Made by a program: the position numbers and the translations under genes. Below, one piece after another: positions 24,191-35,899 of a stretch of DNA of 64,000 bases. The DNA comes from Mobula hypostoma. Taxonomy: Eukaryota. Numbering within the stretch: position 1 is the first letter of the stretch; each line of letters opens with the position of its first letter. A model generated the notes under the pieces. It was not told where the DNA came from, searched no databases, and worked only from the letters and a program-made list of their open reading frames with translations. The DNA lies in assembly GCF_963921235.1 (NCBI RefSeq), contig NC_086108.1:107510001-107574000 (forward strand). Direction: 5' to 3'.

Positions 24191-25934
24191 CTTTTATTTT
24201 TTTATATATATGTATGTCTTCAGGCTCTTGTACCTTCTCCCTGATGATGATAGTAATGAGAAGAGGGCATGTCCCAAATGGTAAGGGTCCTTACTGATGG
24301 ATGCTGCCTTCCTGAAGCATCGTCTTTTGAAGATGTCCTTGAAAGCAAAGTAGTGGAACCAAGCAAAGTTGATATAAAGTTCTGTTAGTGCCAGCACAGG
24401 GCTGCTGTAATCTCAATCAGTCTGATAAAATCACTCAAACTGCAGATTTCTGCTGAGTAATTTAGTTAATTTTCAAAGCTTATGTAATTCTGATGCACGA
24501 CTTCTGATGTATGTACACGGATCGGTTTTGTGACCCTTCCGAAAATCTCGCTGAAGTGAAATGGAGTTGTACACTTATTCTCAGTTGTGTGACCCATGTT
24601 ACTGTTGTGGCTGTCACAGAGTGCTGGGCATTTTCCTGTTAGACTCTCTTTCTCTGCAGTCAGTCAGAGGAGTGTGTTAATTTGCAGGGCATGGACTGAT
24701 GAATCAATGTGTGCCAAAAGGTGGCAGGCTGATGATAATATTGCATCTCTGTCTATTTGATGTATTCTACAACTCACCCCAAGTATAGCTGTTTGTCAAA
24801 GGGCATCAACATTAAAAGAGTGCTCTTTATGAACTCAAACAGACAGGAATTGATCCCCAGGCTTTGTGTGTCAGAGCACTGGTAACAGATGTATAAATAA
24901 TTGTCTGATTTGGCCTTGATATTTACTTGTATCCATTTTGAACATTTAATGGAATCTGAGTTCTGCTTTCAGCACAGCAATGCTCTGCTCTATCAATGCA
25001 TTAGCTTGAAGCTGGAGGCATTTCCACATCTTGGTGGGCACTGAAGGAGTGCAGGACTATGTCTGTGTACACTGACTGGACTTTGTTTATATCCTCCGTG
25101 CGGCAGCCAAAGAGACCTTGGACTAATTGTGCTTGTTAAGTAATCGGCTGAGATCTGGAAGCTATTTTGTGTGCTGGGAGCCTGAACTTGGAGAATCAAG
25201 ATTGTTCAATGTCATTTCCAAGACACAAATGTAAAGGAGAATGAAATAATTGTTACTCTGGATCCAATGCAGCACAAAAAAGATAGGGAACACAATAAAT
25301 ATAAGTACTTAAGATAACTCGTGTATATACAATTTGTATGCCCATAAAGTGACGCTAGGCATAGGAGTGTCTGTACATAAGGTGACTGACAGGAAATGAT
25401 AAAATAGTGACCATCAGAGAGTTTGGAGGATGAAAGAGGTGAAAGTCTGAAGGACGAATCTGATAGGAAAAAAAACAGTGGACCATGGAAGAAAGGGAAT
25501 GAAGATGGGAACGAGAGAGGGAAGTAATGGGCAGGTCACAAGGGGAGAAGAGCTGAGAGGGTAACAAGAATGGGTTACTGGGTGGAGGTGTTGATCAGCC
25601 TCACTGCTTGGGGAAAGTAACTGTTTTTGAGTCTGGTGGTCCTGGTGCGGATGCCATGTAGCCTCCTCCCTGATGGGAGTGGGACAAACAGTCCGTGAGC
25701 AGGGTGGGTGGGATCCTTCATGATGTAACTAATGGAGCTGGATATAGCAATACTTTTTCTTCTTGTTTAGTCCCACACCTCTGTCTCTCCTGCCGAGAGA
25801 AGAGACCTTAGTGGTCACTGTTCCATGACGAAAGTGGGTACTACACTGTCCCTTGACAAACTGGTTCTCTCTCTGAATATGCTGGTTTAAAGCTCCACCA
25901 CTAATCTCTCAATACCACCTCCATCACCAGCACA

Positions 25935-27155
25935 GCACACAAAATGCTGGAGGAAGTCAACAGATCAGGCAAACCCTTATGAAGGGTCTTGGCCCTAAAC
26001 GTCGACTGTTCACTCCCCTCCATAGATAAATGAGAAGGTCTGCAGATACTGGAAATGCAAAGCAACACACAAAATGCTGGAGGAGCTCAGCAGGTCAGGC
26101 AGCATCTATGGTAATGAATAAACAGTCGACATTTCAGGCCGAGTCCCTTCCTCAGGACAGAGAAGGAAGGGGGAAGATGCCAGAATAAAAGGTGGGGTGA
26201 AGGGAAAGAGATTAGCTAGAAGGTGTTGGGTGAAGCCAGATGAGTGAGAATGGTCAAGGGCTAGAGAAGAAAGAATCTGATAGGAGAGGAGAGTGGACCA
26301 TATGAGAAAGGGGAGAAGGAGGGGACTCACAGCAAGTAATAGGCAGGTGAGGTGAAAGCTCAAGAGTGGGGAAGTTGGTAAGGTTTGGGAATTTATTTAC
26401 CAGAAAGGGACATTGATATTCATGCCATCAGATTGGAGGGTACACAGGTGGAATACAAGGTGTCGTTTGTCCATCCTGAGGGTGACCTTATTTTGGCACA
26501 GGAGGAGTCTATGGACTAACATGTTGGAACGGGAATTGGAATTAAATTGTTTGTCCCCTCCATAGATGCTGCCTGACCTGCTGAGTTCCTCCATGAGTCT
26601 GTGTGCTACCCTGGATTTCCAGCATCTACAGAATCTCTTGTGCTTGCGTTTTGCTTCTCCATCATCTGCCCTGCTGCTTCACCCTGTCCCCAATTCCTCA
26701 AATAAGTTGTGTTCCTCCCAGCTATGGTCTACTCCTTTCTTCCCTTGAGTAACAGACACAAAATGCTGAATGAACAGTTGATGTTTTGGGCTGGCACTGG
26801 AAAGGAAGAAGCGCGGGAAGAAGCCAGAATAGGAAAGTTGGGGAAAGGGAAGGAGTACAAGCTGGCTTGTGACAGGTGAGACCAGGTGAGGGAGAAGATG
26901 GGTGGATGGGGGAGGGAGAATGAAATGAGAACCTGGGAAGCATAGGTCTAAGAGTTAAAGGGCTGAAGAGAAAGGAATCTAATAGGGGGAGAGTGGACCA
27001 TGAGTGAAGGGGAAGGAGGAGGGGCAACAGAGGCAGCTGAGGTGGAGAGAAGGGGTAATAAAGGAGACAGATTGGGGAGTGAAAAGAAAGAGAAGGGTGT
27101 GTTAGAGAATAGAGGGGAGTCATTACTTGTAGTTAGAGAAATCGATGTTCATAAC
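25935..27155. mobile_element. Cluster of Penelope-like pLTR pieces in alternating orientation
   Basis: Repeated ACACAAAATGCTGGAGGAA termini, hammerhead-like cores and the GIY-YIG C-terminal LQxDGMNI motif (ORF 26397..26594). Confidence 0.75.
26124..26159 (-). ncRNA. Minimal type-I hammerhead ribozyme motif (pLTR), core intact
   Basis: Minus strand UGUC CUGAGGA AGGG ACUCGG CCU GAAA UG UC GACU. Confidence 0.6.
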
Positions 27156-27859
27156 AATAAGTTAGAGCATGGGTTTCCAGTTTGAGGTCCATGAACTTCT
27201 TGCTTAATGGTATTCGCCGTTGGCATAAAAAACAGTTGGGAACCCCTGGATTAGAGACTACCCAAACTGTTATGGTTGTGGTGCTGGGAAGCTGGGTAGC
27301 CATGATAGCACACACGAGGCGAGGAGCAAGCATTCAGCTCTTTATCTAGCTTGTAAGTCATCTACCTAGAACGCCCTCTCACGTTACATTTAGTACGTGA
27401 CACAGGAAAACCTGACAGTAACCCGTCAGGGTTAAACATACATGAATACATAATAGAAACAGAAAGAGGTTTTGATCTTCCAACTTGAGTTTGACCTCTT
27501 TGTGCAGCAGTGGAGGCTGTGGGAATGGGAGGTCAAGTTGAAATAGGTGGCCACTGGGAGATCCGAGGTCTTGGGGCAGACAGAGTGAAGGTGCTCAACA
27601 TAAAGCAGACCCCAATCTGCATCGGGACCTGCTGAGGTTGATGAAAAGGTGTCAGCTTCACCGAGAACTTCTGCTTTGTCCGCCACAACAGGCAGGATCA
27701 TCGACTGGCCACCAATGTGGCTTCTCAACGGTCCATGAACACTACCTCACAATTTCCCTTTTGCACTGCTTTGTATTTTTTGCCTTCCACTGTGCTGTTG
27801 CCACAAAGTAACAAACTTCATGACATATTATCAGTGATAATGAAGCTGATTCTGATCCT

Positions 27860-28240
27860 CAGCTGCCTGTCCCAGCCCTTTCCGAGGATGGTCACCTTGT
27901 CATGGTGGAGGGGCTTGTGAGTTCCTCAGATCGTGAGAGCAGTGTATTCTACTGCTTGCTTAGCTCCCAATAGGGTCACCCATGGTGGTAAGGTCAAGGG
28001 GGATGTTCCAGGCAAAGGACAATCCAACCAAGACCTCAATGCTGGGGCTGGCGGAAGATGATAACACATCACATCAGTGAAGATGGAGGAAGGCTGCAGG
28101 AGTGAAGAGTCCCCAGTCATCTGGTACTCCATGCCACTGGACCCTGATCCCGACCTGTCATGGATCGTGTGGTGGTTGCTGTGCATCCCCCACCCCCCAT
28201 GATAAACAAGTTCATGCACAGGCATTTTCCCTTAGGAGAA
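27860..28240 (+). mobile_element. RTE (Expander/BovB-like) 5' UTR-derived fragment
   Basis: GTCACCTTGTCATGGTGGAGGGGCTTG...AGGGTCACCCATGGTGGTAAGGTCAAGGGGG resembles RTE 5' ends; recognised by recall. Confidence 0.55.
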
Positions 28241-29081
28241 CATCATATTTGACTTGAGTCATTGCTCTACTTTGCTTGACCCAGCAAGGCATGAATGGGT
28301 AGAGAAATGGATTCATGCCGTGTAGCTCTCGGGAAACTTTCTCCCTTGCTTACAGTGCATACATCATAGTTATATAGTGAGCAACAAGACCCTTCTGCCC
28401 CACTCGTCCATGCTAAGTTACCTGTGAGTGAGCGAGCCCCATTTGTGTTTGGCTCATATTCCTTCCTATCTTTCAAACTGTCCAAAAGTCTTTAACTGTT
28501 GTACACATACCTCCCTCGATCACTTCCTCTGTCATAGACTTGCTACGCTCTGTGTGCAATGATTTTTCAGTCAGCAACAAACAATCAGCTGGAGGAACTC
28601 AACGGGTCCTGATAGGATACAGGGTTTTGACCTGATCCGTCAACAATTCCTTTCCCCCTACAGATGTGGCTGCACCCGCTGAGTCCCTGCAGCAGTCTGT
28701 CTGTTGCTCCAGATTCCAGCATCTACTGTCTCATGTCTCCAGCCGGTCCCTTTAAACCTTTTCCCTCTCATCTCAAACCTCTGCCCTCTGGCTTCAGACT
28801 CTCCTTCCCTGGGGAGAAGGACAGCTACAGACAACTAAATCATTTCCCTGCCTACTCGTGCCTTGCTGGGACAGACAGCTGAGAATGAGGGCCTGGTTTA
28901 TTATCACCGGCATATGTCGTGAAACTTGTTGTTTTGTGGCAACAGTACTTTGCAAGACAAAAAAATGATTAAGTTACGTAAATCGTGCTAAAGAGAAATA
29001 ATGAGGTGGTGTTTGTGAACAGTTCAGAAGCCACATGCACATGATCTATGCTGATAATGGTTTTATATTTATTCATTCTGT

Positions 29082-29394
29082 GTGGGCACGTGGCCAAGTG
29101 GTTAAGGCATTGGACTAGTGACCTGAAGGTCATGAGTTCGAGCCCCAGCCGAGGGAACCTGTTGTGTCCTTGAGCAAGGCACTTAACCACAGTGCTCTGC
29201 GACGACACTGGTGCCAAGCTGTATGGGTCCTAATGCCCTTCCCTTGGACAACATTGGTGTTGTGGAGAGGGGAGACTTGCAGCATGGGCAACTGCTGGAC
29301 TTCCATACAACCTTGCCCAGGCCTGCGCCCTGGAGAGTGAAGGCTTTCCAGGCGCAGATCCACGGTCTCACAAGATTAACGGATGCCTTTACTT
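29082..29394 (+). mobile_element. Young CORE-type tRNA SINE with RTE-like tail
   Basis: A box TGGCCAAGTGG, B box GAGTTCGAGCCC, CORE-like GTGTCCTTGAGCAAGGCACTTAACC; 13-bp flanking repeat TATTTATTCATTC (29066-78 / 29395-407); second copy at 33535-33846. Confidence 0.85.
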
Positions 29395-29407
29395 TATTTA
29401 TTCATTC

Positions 29408-30180
29408 ATTTTATTTAGCATGGGACAGGCCCTTCCAGCACAATGAGCCATGCAGCCCAGCAACCTGCGTGTTTAACCCTTGCCTAATCACAGGACAATT
29501 CACAATCACTAATTAACCTATTAACTGTTACATCTTTGGACTGTGAAAGGAAACTAGACCACCCTGAGTAAACCCACGCAGTTCACGGGGAGGATGGACA
29601 AACTATTTACAGAGGATGCCGGAATTGAACTGTGAACTCCAACACTCTGGGCTGTAATAGCGTTGTGCTAACCGCCACACTACCATTACCGTGGGGCCCC
29701 TATAATTAATAAAGTCACATTTCCAGCCTTCGAAGCTCCAGGAAGAGTAAGCTGCAACCTCTCCTCCAGTCCTGATAACCTCCAGAAATCAGATGGCATA
29801 GGGGAAGAAGATGTTCCTGAAGTGTTGCCTGTAGGTCTTCAGCTCCTGTACCTCCTCCCTGATGGTAGTTCTGTGCTAAATTGCTAAGAATCAGAATTGG
29901 GTTTATTATCACTTATTTGTCATGAAATATGTTTGATGTGTTATTTATTTATTGAGATACAGTGTGGAGTAGGCCCTACAATAATGAGGTAATTTGCAAT
30001 CACCAACTAACCTACCAACTGGTGCATCTTTGGAGTGTGGGAGGAAACCAGAGCACCTGGAGGAAACCCACACAGTCATGGGGAGGAACATACAGACTCC
30101 TTACAGGCAGTGGGGGGAATTGAACTTGGTTCACCTGTACTGGAAATAGTTGTGCTAGCCACTATTCTACCATGTCCCAA
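29408..30180 (-). mobile_element. Two V-SINE copies (~29408-29690 and ~29940-30180) with a Rex1 fragment between
   Basis: Reverse-complement V-domain GGGAGGAAACCAGAGCACCTGGAGGAAACCCAC and tRNA heads. Confidence 0.75.
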
Positions 30181-31464
30181 GTCTTAAAAAATTACTATAA
30201 ATTATAAAATATAAATAAATAATGCAAAAGAGGGATGGTGAGGTGTCTGTGAGCTATTCAGAAAACTGATGGCAGAGGGGAACAAGGTGTTCCTAAAACA
30301 TTGAGTGCCAGGCTTCAGGATCCTGTACCTTCTCCCTGATGGTAGCAATAAGAAGAGGTTGGGTGGGACTGCAACCAAAGATCGCGGGCTAAAGGTGAAA
30401 GGTGAAAAGTTTATGGGGAACTTGAGAGGATTCTTCTTCGTAAGGGTGTGGAACGAACTGCCAGCAGAAGAGATGCATGCGAGCGCAATTTGAACGTTTA
30501 AGCGAAGTACAGATAGGTACATAGATAGTAGGGATATGGCGGGCTCTGGTCCTGGTGCAGATCGATGGGAGATGTCAGTTTAAATAGTTTCGGCATGGAC
30601 CCGATGATGATATGTGCTGTATGACCTTGCATTTATATGAATTAAACTCCATTTGCAGTTGTCTGTTCTGGGAGATTATTTTTGGGAAACATGGCCTTTA
30701 ATGTGTTACAGACACTGTGGAGTCTGTGGAGACTGTAAAAAAAAAAGTTACTGTCTCAAGTGGATGTCATTACCATATTGCTGTGTTCTGCAATATCGAG
30801 TGTGAAAACTGCTGAGGCTGCACTCCAGAGGCCTCTGGGCAACGAGAGCGACAAGCTGTTTCAGGAGCGGAGTTTGTTCCATTTCTTTCCTTTAAGCCTG
30901 TGGTGACTGAAGATTGGTCAGCTTCAAGGCCAGCAGAGATGACCTCCTGACCTTGGTAGATTGTTTTGAGATCTCTGTTCCCACGAACGTCATCAGCAAA
31001 CTCCCGTCACCGTTCCCCAGCTGGTGGGGAACTGCTGAGTATAATTAGTGCAAGTATCATTTTTCACAAATTCACACGATCACCTCTCGATTCCCTGCTG
31101 GTGTATTTGCTTTCATCTCCTTGTTCATCCTTTCCTGCATATTGCTGACAACTCCTTCTCAAACAACATGCATCCTGATACCTTCTGCACCCCAACTCTG
31201 GTTCAGACTGAGGTTTCTTTATCACATGTACTTGGAAATGTACAGCGTAATGCGCCATTTGCGTTAATGGGGGGGGGGGAGCCCGCATGTGTCATCTGGC
31301 ACCAACATGCTCGGCAGAATATAGCAAAACTCAACACTCTAAGTCACAGAGCAACAACAATGAAACATGCCCCGTTCCTCCATTCCACCCACTGGCACAC
31401 ATACACGATCCCCTAACCCCATGGCAGGCCATTTTTAGCCTCCAGCCTCCGGAGTGGACTCACA

Positions 31465-32005
31465 GTCCAAAGTAAACATTACTATCAAAGTACATATGTG
31501 TCACCCCATACAACCCAGAGATTCATTTTCTTGTGGGCATACTCAGCAAATCTGTGGAATAGTAACTATGACAGGATCAATGAAAGATCAATCAGAGAGC
31601 AGAAAATAACAAACTGTGCAAATGCAAGTATCAATAAATAGCAATAAATACCGAGAACATGAGATAATGAGATAAAGAGTCCTTAAAGTGAGATCATTGG
31701 TTGTGGGATCATTTCAATGATGGAGCAAGTGAGTGTAGTTATCCCCTTTGTTCAGGAGCCTGATGGTTGAGGGGTAGTAACTGTTCTTGAAACTGGTGGT
31801 GTGAGTCCTGAGGCTCTTGTACCTTCTACCTGTACCTTCTGCAGCGAGAAGACAGCATGGCCTGGGGATCTCTGATGATGGATGCTGCTTTCCTACAACA
31901 GCATTTCATGTAGATGTGCTCAGTGGTTGGGAGGGCTTTACCTGTGATGTACTGGGCCAAATCCACTACCTTTCGTAGATTTTCCGATCAAAGGCATTGG
32001 TGTTG
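31465..32005 (-). mobile_element. Rex1/Babar 3' end and UTR
   Basis: Reverse complement of the ATGAATCTC..GTTGTATG tail and GKALP ORF2 end; similar pieces at ~32455-32935 and ~47052-47630. Confidence 0.8.
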
Positions 32006-33214
32006 TATAGATTGGATTTGAAGATATTGGGCCTTGGGCTGTCCCAGCAGACTCTCAGAGCTTCACAGTCTTGGAGCTCTTGCTATCAGGCCTTTACTTC
32101 TAGACTTCTGGTGTACCTTTACTGGCCTTTACTTCCAGACTTCTGAACAACTTCAAACAACCCTGGACTCACCAATGATGACGATTGAGGATGTGGACTT
32201 CCACCTTTGAGCACTGGACTCGACAATCATGTGGCCCTAAACAGTGAGTGCTGACAAGTCAGTTAACTGTGGAAGGATCCTCCACTAGGACAGGGGTTCC
32301 AAACCTGGGGTCCATGGACCCCCTTGGATCATGGTAGGGGTCTATGGAATAAAAAATGTTGGAAGGAGATCAGTGATTGTTCTTGCTCCTTTGAAACTGT
32401 TTGGTCTTAAATTTCTCTAAAGAACAATTTGCATTTATAACCTTGAATATCCTATCAAAGTAATTTTTTTTAAGGTACATATATATTACCAGACACTACT
32501 TTGAGATACTTTTGTGCAGGCATTTACAGGGGAAATAAGACTTATAATAGAATTTACCAAAAAAAATTACATAAAGACTGACAGACAGCCAATGTGCAAA
32601 AGAAGACAAACTGTGCGAAGAAAAATTAAATAATACTGAGATCATGAGTTGTAGAGACCTTGAAAGTGAGTCTGTAGGTTATAGAATCAGTTCAGTTTTG
32701 AAGTAAGTTAAGTTACCAACATCGGTTCAGGAGCCTGATGGTTGAAGGGTAACAATTGTTTCTGAACCTGGTGGTCTGGGACCTACCTACCCTATGGTAG
32801 AAGTGAGAAGAAAGCACGGGCTGGATGATGGGTCCTTGATGATGGATACTGCTTTCTTGTGGTAGTGCTCCATGCTTAATGATGGGGAGGGCTTTTCCTG
32901 TGAGGGACTGTACTGTACCCATCACATACTTCACTGGCTGTAAAGTTGGTATGGATAGTAAAATTAAAGAGCTGATTGTTGACTCAGGAAAGCGATGGAG
33001 GCTGAAACTGTGACACTGGAGGATCAGTGGTGGAACGAGTCAGTAGCTTTTTGTCCCTAGGCTTCAGCATATCAGATGCTCTGTCACTGAGTCATAGAAA
33101 CAGGCCCTTTGGCTCATCTAGTCCTGGTTCCAGCAGGAGGATGCAATCATAGGAAAAGATGTGCCAAGTATTTTTCTAAAGATGTTAGAGATCTGGCTTG
33201 TTATCAAACATTCT

Positions 33215-34178
33215 CAGACATCCCACCTCTCCCAGAAGTTCTGGGAGTCTCCTGCATATTGATAGCGGCTCCCTGATCCCCAGAAATTATATACAATATC
33301 CTGGAAGTCAATTTTTTTTGAGAGGGAGAGTGAGCATCCTGATTGGTCTCTCTTTGTGCTAAGTAGAGCTATCAGTTTTCTCTGTGGGCTGGCTTTACAG
33401 TCGACCTCAAAAATAATGACGGTGTTGCTCGCTGCACTGTTTGCAACAGTAACTTTTCTATTGCCTATGGTGGGTTAAAATGTAAAAGACATGTTGAGGT
33501 GAGCTTAACAGGTGTCATTCATTCATTAGCATAGTAAAGGCATCCATTAGTCTTGCAAGACCATAGATCTGCGTCTGGAAAGTCTTCACTCTCCAGGGTG
33601 CAGGCCTGGGCAAGGTTGTATGGAAGACCAGCAGTTGCCCATGCTGCAAGTCTCCCCTTTCCACGACACCAATGTTGTCCAAGGGAAGGGCATTAGGACC
33701 CATACAGCTTGGCACCAGTGTCGTCACAGAGCAATGTGTGATTAAGTGCCTTGCTCAAGGACACAACACGTTCCCTCGGCTCGGGCTCGAACTCACGACC
33801 TTCAGGTCGCTAGTCCAATGCCTTAACCACTTGGCCACGTGCCCACTTCATTAGCGTAGCTAACGTTATTTAAACTAGCTGGCTAGTTGCTAAGGAGCTA
33901 CTCTATTGATGTCCTATGTGATGAGGCCAAACTCCCTGTAGACTTGCTTAAAGTTGTAATAGAATAAACATAATGTAAGTACGTATTTTAATGTCACGCT
34001 TTCTGCATATACCCAACTTGGTTTACAGATTAGACAAAATCACTAAACAAAGTATTACATACACCCTTGGAGGTCGTCCAGGGTGGGGGGTGATATTGGG
34101 TTGCGGGACGGGGGTACGACTTCCCTGAGATGGTGGTGCTACCTCCCTGAAATGAGTTTTTGCAGGGTGAGATGTCTG
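33215..34178 (+). mobile_element. Second copy of the BED-finger hAT-like element, 6-bp TSD CATTCT
   Basis: CATTCT|CAGACATCCCACC ... GGTGAGATGTCTG|CATTCT; CTVCNSNFSIAYGG remnant; interrupted by a SINE. Confidence 0.85.
33535..33846 (-). mobile_element. CORE-type tRNA SINE inserted in the hAT-like element
   Basis: Reverse complement of 29082-29394; TSD TTCATTAGC(A/G)TAG; empty site visible in the paralogue at ~19420. Confidence 0.9.
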
Positions 34179-35005
34179 CATTCTAACAAAGTGAAAGTAT
34201 GCTGACTGGTTGCATCAAGGTCTCGTATGCTAATTCGAATGCACTGGAGTGGAGGGAGCTGCCGGGAGAAGCAGACTCAGCCCAATACATCACTGGGTAC
34301 ATCCCTTCCCACCATTGAGAGTATCTACAGCAGGCACTGCTTGAGGACAACATCTGCCATCAGGTCGTAAACACAAGAGATTCTGCAGATGCTGGAAATC
34401 CAGAGCAAAAAACACAACATGTTGGAGGAACCAAGCAGGTCAGGCAGCATCAATGGAGAGGAATAAACAGTCAACATTTCAAAACCGAATTTTTCCAGCA
34501 TTTCGCAAGCAAGAGAAAATCTGCGGATGCTGGAAATCCGAGCAACGCACACAGAATGCTGGAGGAACTCAGCGGGCCAGGCAGCATCTGTGGAAAAGAG
34601 TATCGTCGACGTTTCGTGCCGAGGCCATTCGGCGGGGCCTTCTTCCAGCATTTTGTGTCTTCATTGTATCTGTATCGTTTTATTGGAATTGGAATTGTAT
34701 TTTTCATTGTCACAGGTGTTGTACAGTGCAAAGCTTGTATTGCATATTGAAAGGAAGAGAGGTTGATTGGCCTAATACAAGCAAGTTGGGTTAGTGTATT
34801 TTCGCAGTGTGGACAACTAGTGACACGGTTGGACAGGTGGTGAAGAAGGCAATCGGCCCACTGGGCTTCATCAGTTGGAGTACTCAACACAGGGATTAGG
34901 CCATCATGCCTCTTCTTTCAGAATCCTGGGATGTACACCATCTAGTACAGGGGGCATATCTACCTTCAGACCTTTTAGTTTCCCAAGAAAACTTCTCCCT
35001 AGTAA

Positions 35006-35870
35006 TAGAAACATAGAAAACTTATAGCACAATAAAGGCCCTTTGGCCCACAAAGTTGTGCCGAACATGTCCCTACCTTAGAAATTACTAGATCTCCTCA
35101 TAGCCCTCTATTTTTCTAAGCTCTATGTACCTATCTAAAAGTCTCTTGAAAGACCCTATCATATCCCCCTCCATCACCATTGCTGGCAACGCATTCCACA
35201 CACTCACCAGTCTCTGAGTAAACTTACCCCTGACATCTCCTCTGTACCTACTCCCCAGCAGCTTAAACCTGTGTCCTCTAGTGGCAACCATTTCAGCCCT
35301 GGGAAAAAGCCTCTGACTATCCACACGATCAATGCCTCTCATCATCTTATACACCTCTATCAGATCACCTCTCATTCTCCGTTGCTCCAAGGAGAAAAGG
35401 CCGAGTTCACTCAACCTATTCTCATGAGGCATGCTCCCCAATCCAGGCAACACCCTTGTAAATCTCCTCTGCATTCTTTCTATGGTTTCCACATCCTTCC
35501 TGTAGTGAGGCGACCAGAACTGAGCACAGTACTCCAAGTGGGGTCTGACCAGGGTCCTATATAGCTGCAACATTACCTCTCAGCTCCTAAGTTCAATTCC
35601 ACGATTAATGAAGGCCAATACACTGTACACCTTCTTAACCACAGAGTCAACCTGTGCAGCTGCTTTGAGCGTCCTATGGACTCGGACCCCAAGATCTCTC
35701 TGATCCTCCACACTGCCAAGAGTCTTACCATTAATACTATATTCTGCCATCATATTTGACCTACCAAAATAAACCAATTCACACATCTGGGTTGAACTCC
35801 ATCTGCCACTTCTCAGCCCAATTTCAATGTCCTATCAATGTCCCGCTGTAACCTCTGACAGCCTCTAATA
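35006..35870 (-). mobile_element. CR1 LINE 3' end
   Basis: ORF 35088..35573 LYRTLVRPHLEYCAQFWSPHYRKD..TRGHRFKL; TTCTATGTTTCTA tail. Confidence 0.92.
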
Positions 35871-35899
35871 GCAACTCCAAACAGATCTGCCCCCTGACG

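Noticed and set aside
24660..24720. 61-nt exon after a strong acceptor
   Set aside because: Weak donor (GTGGCA), only one open frame, and not phase-compatible with the other candidates.
29082..29155. tRNA gene
   Set aside because: The tRNA-like head continues into a SINE body and tail with a TSD, and a second copy exists.
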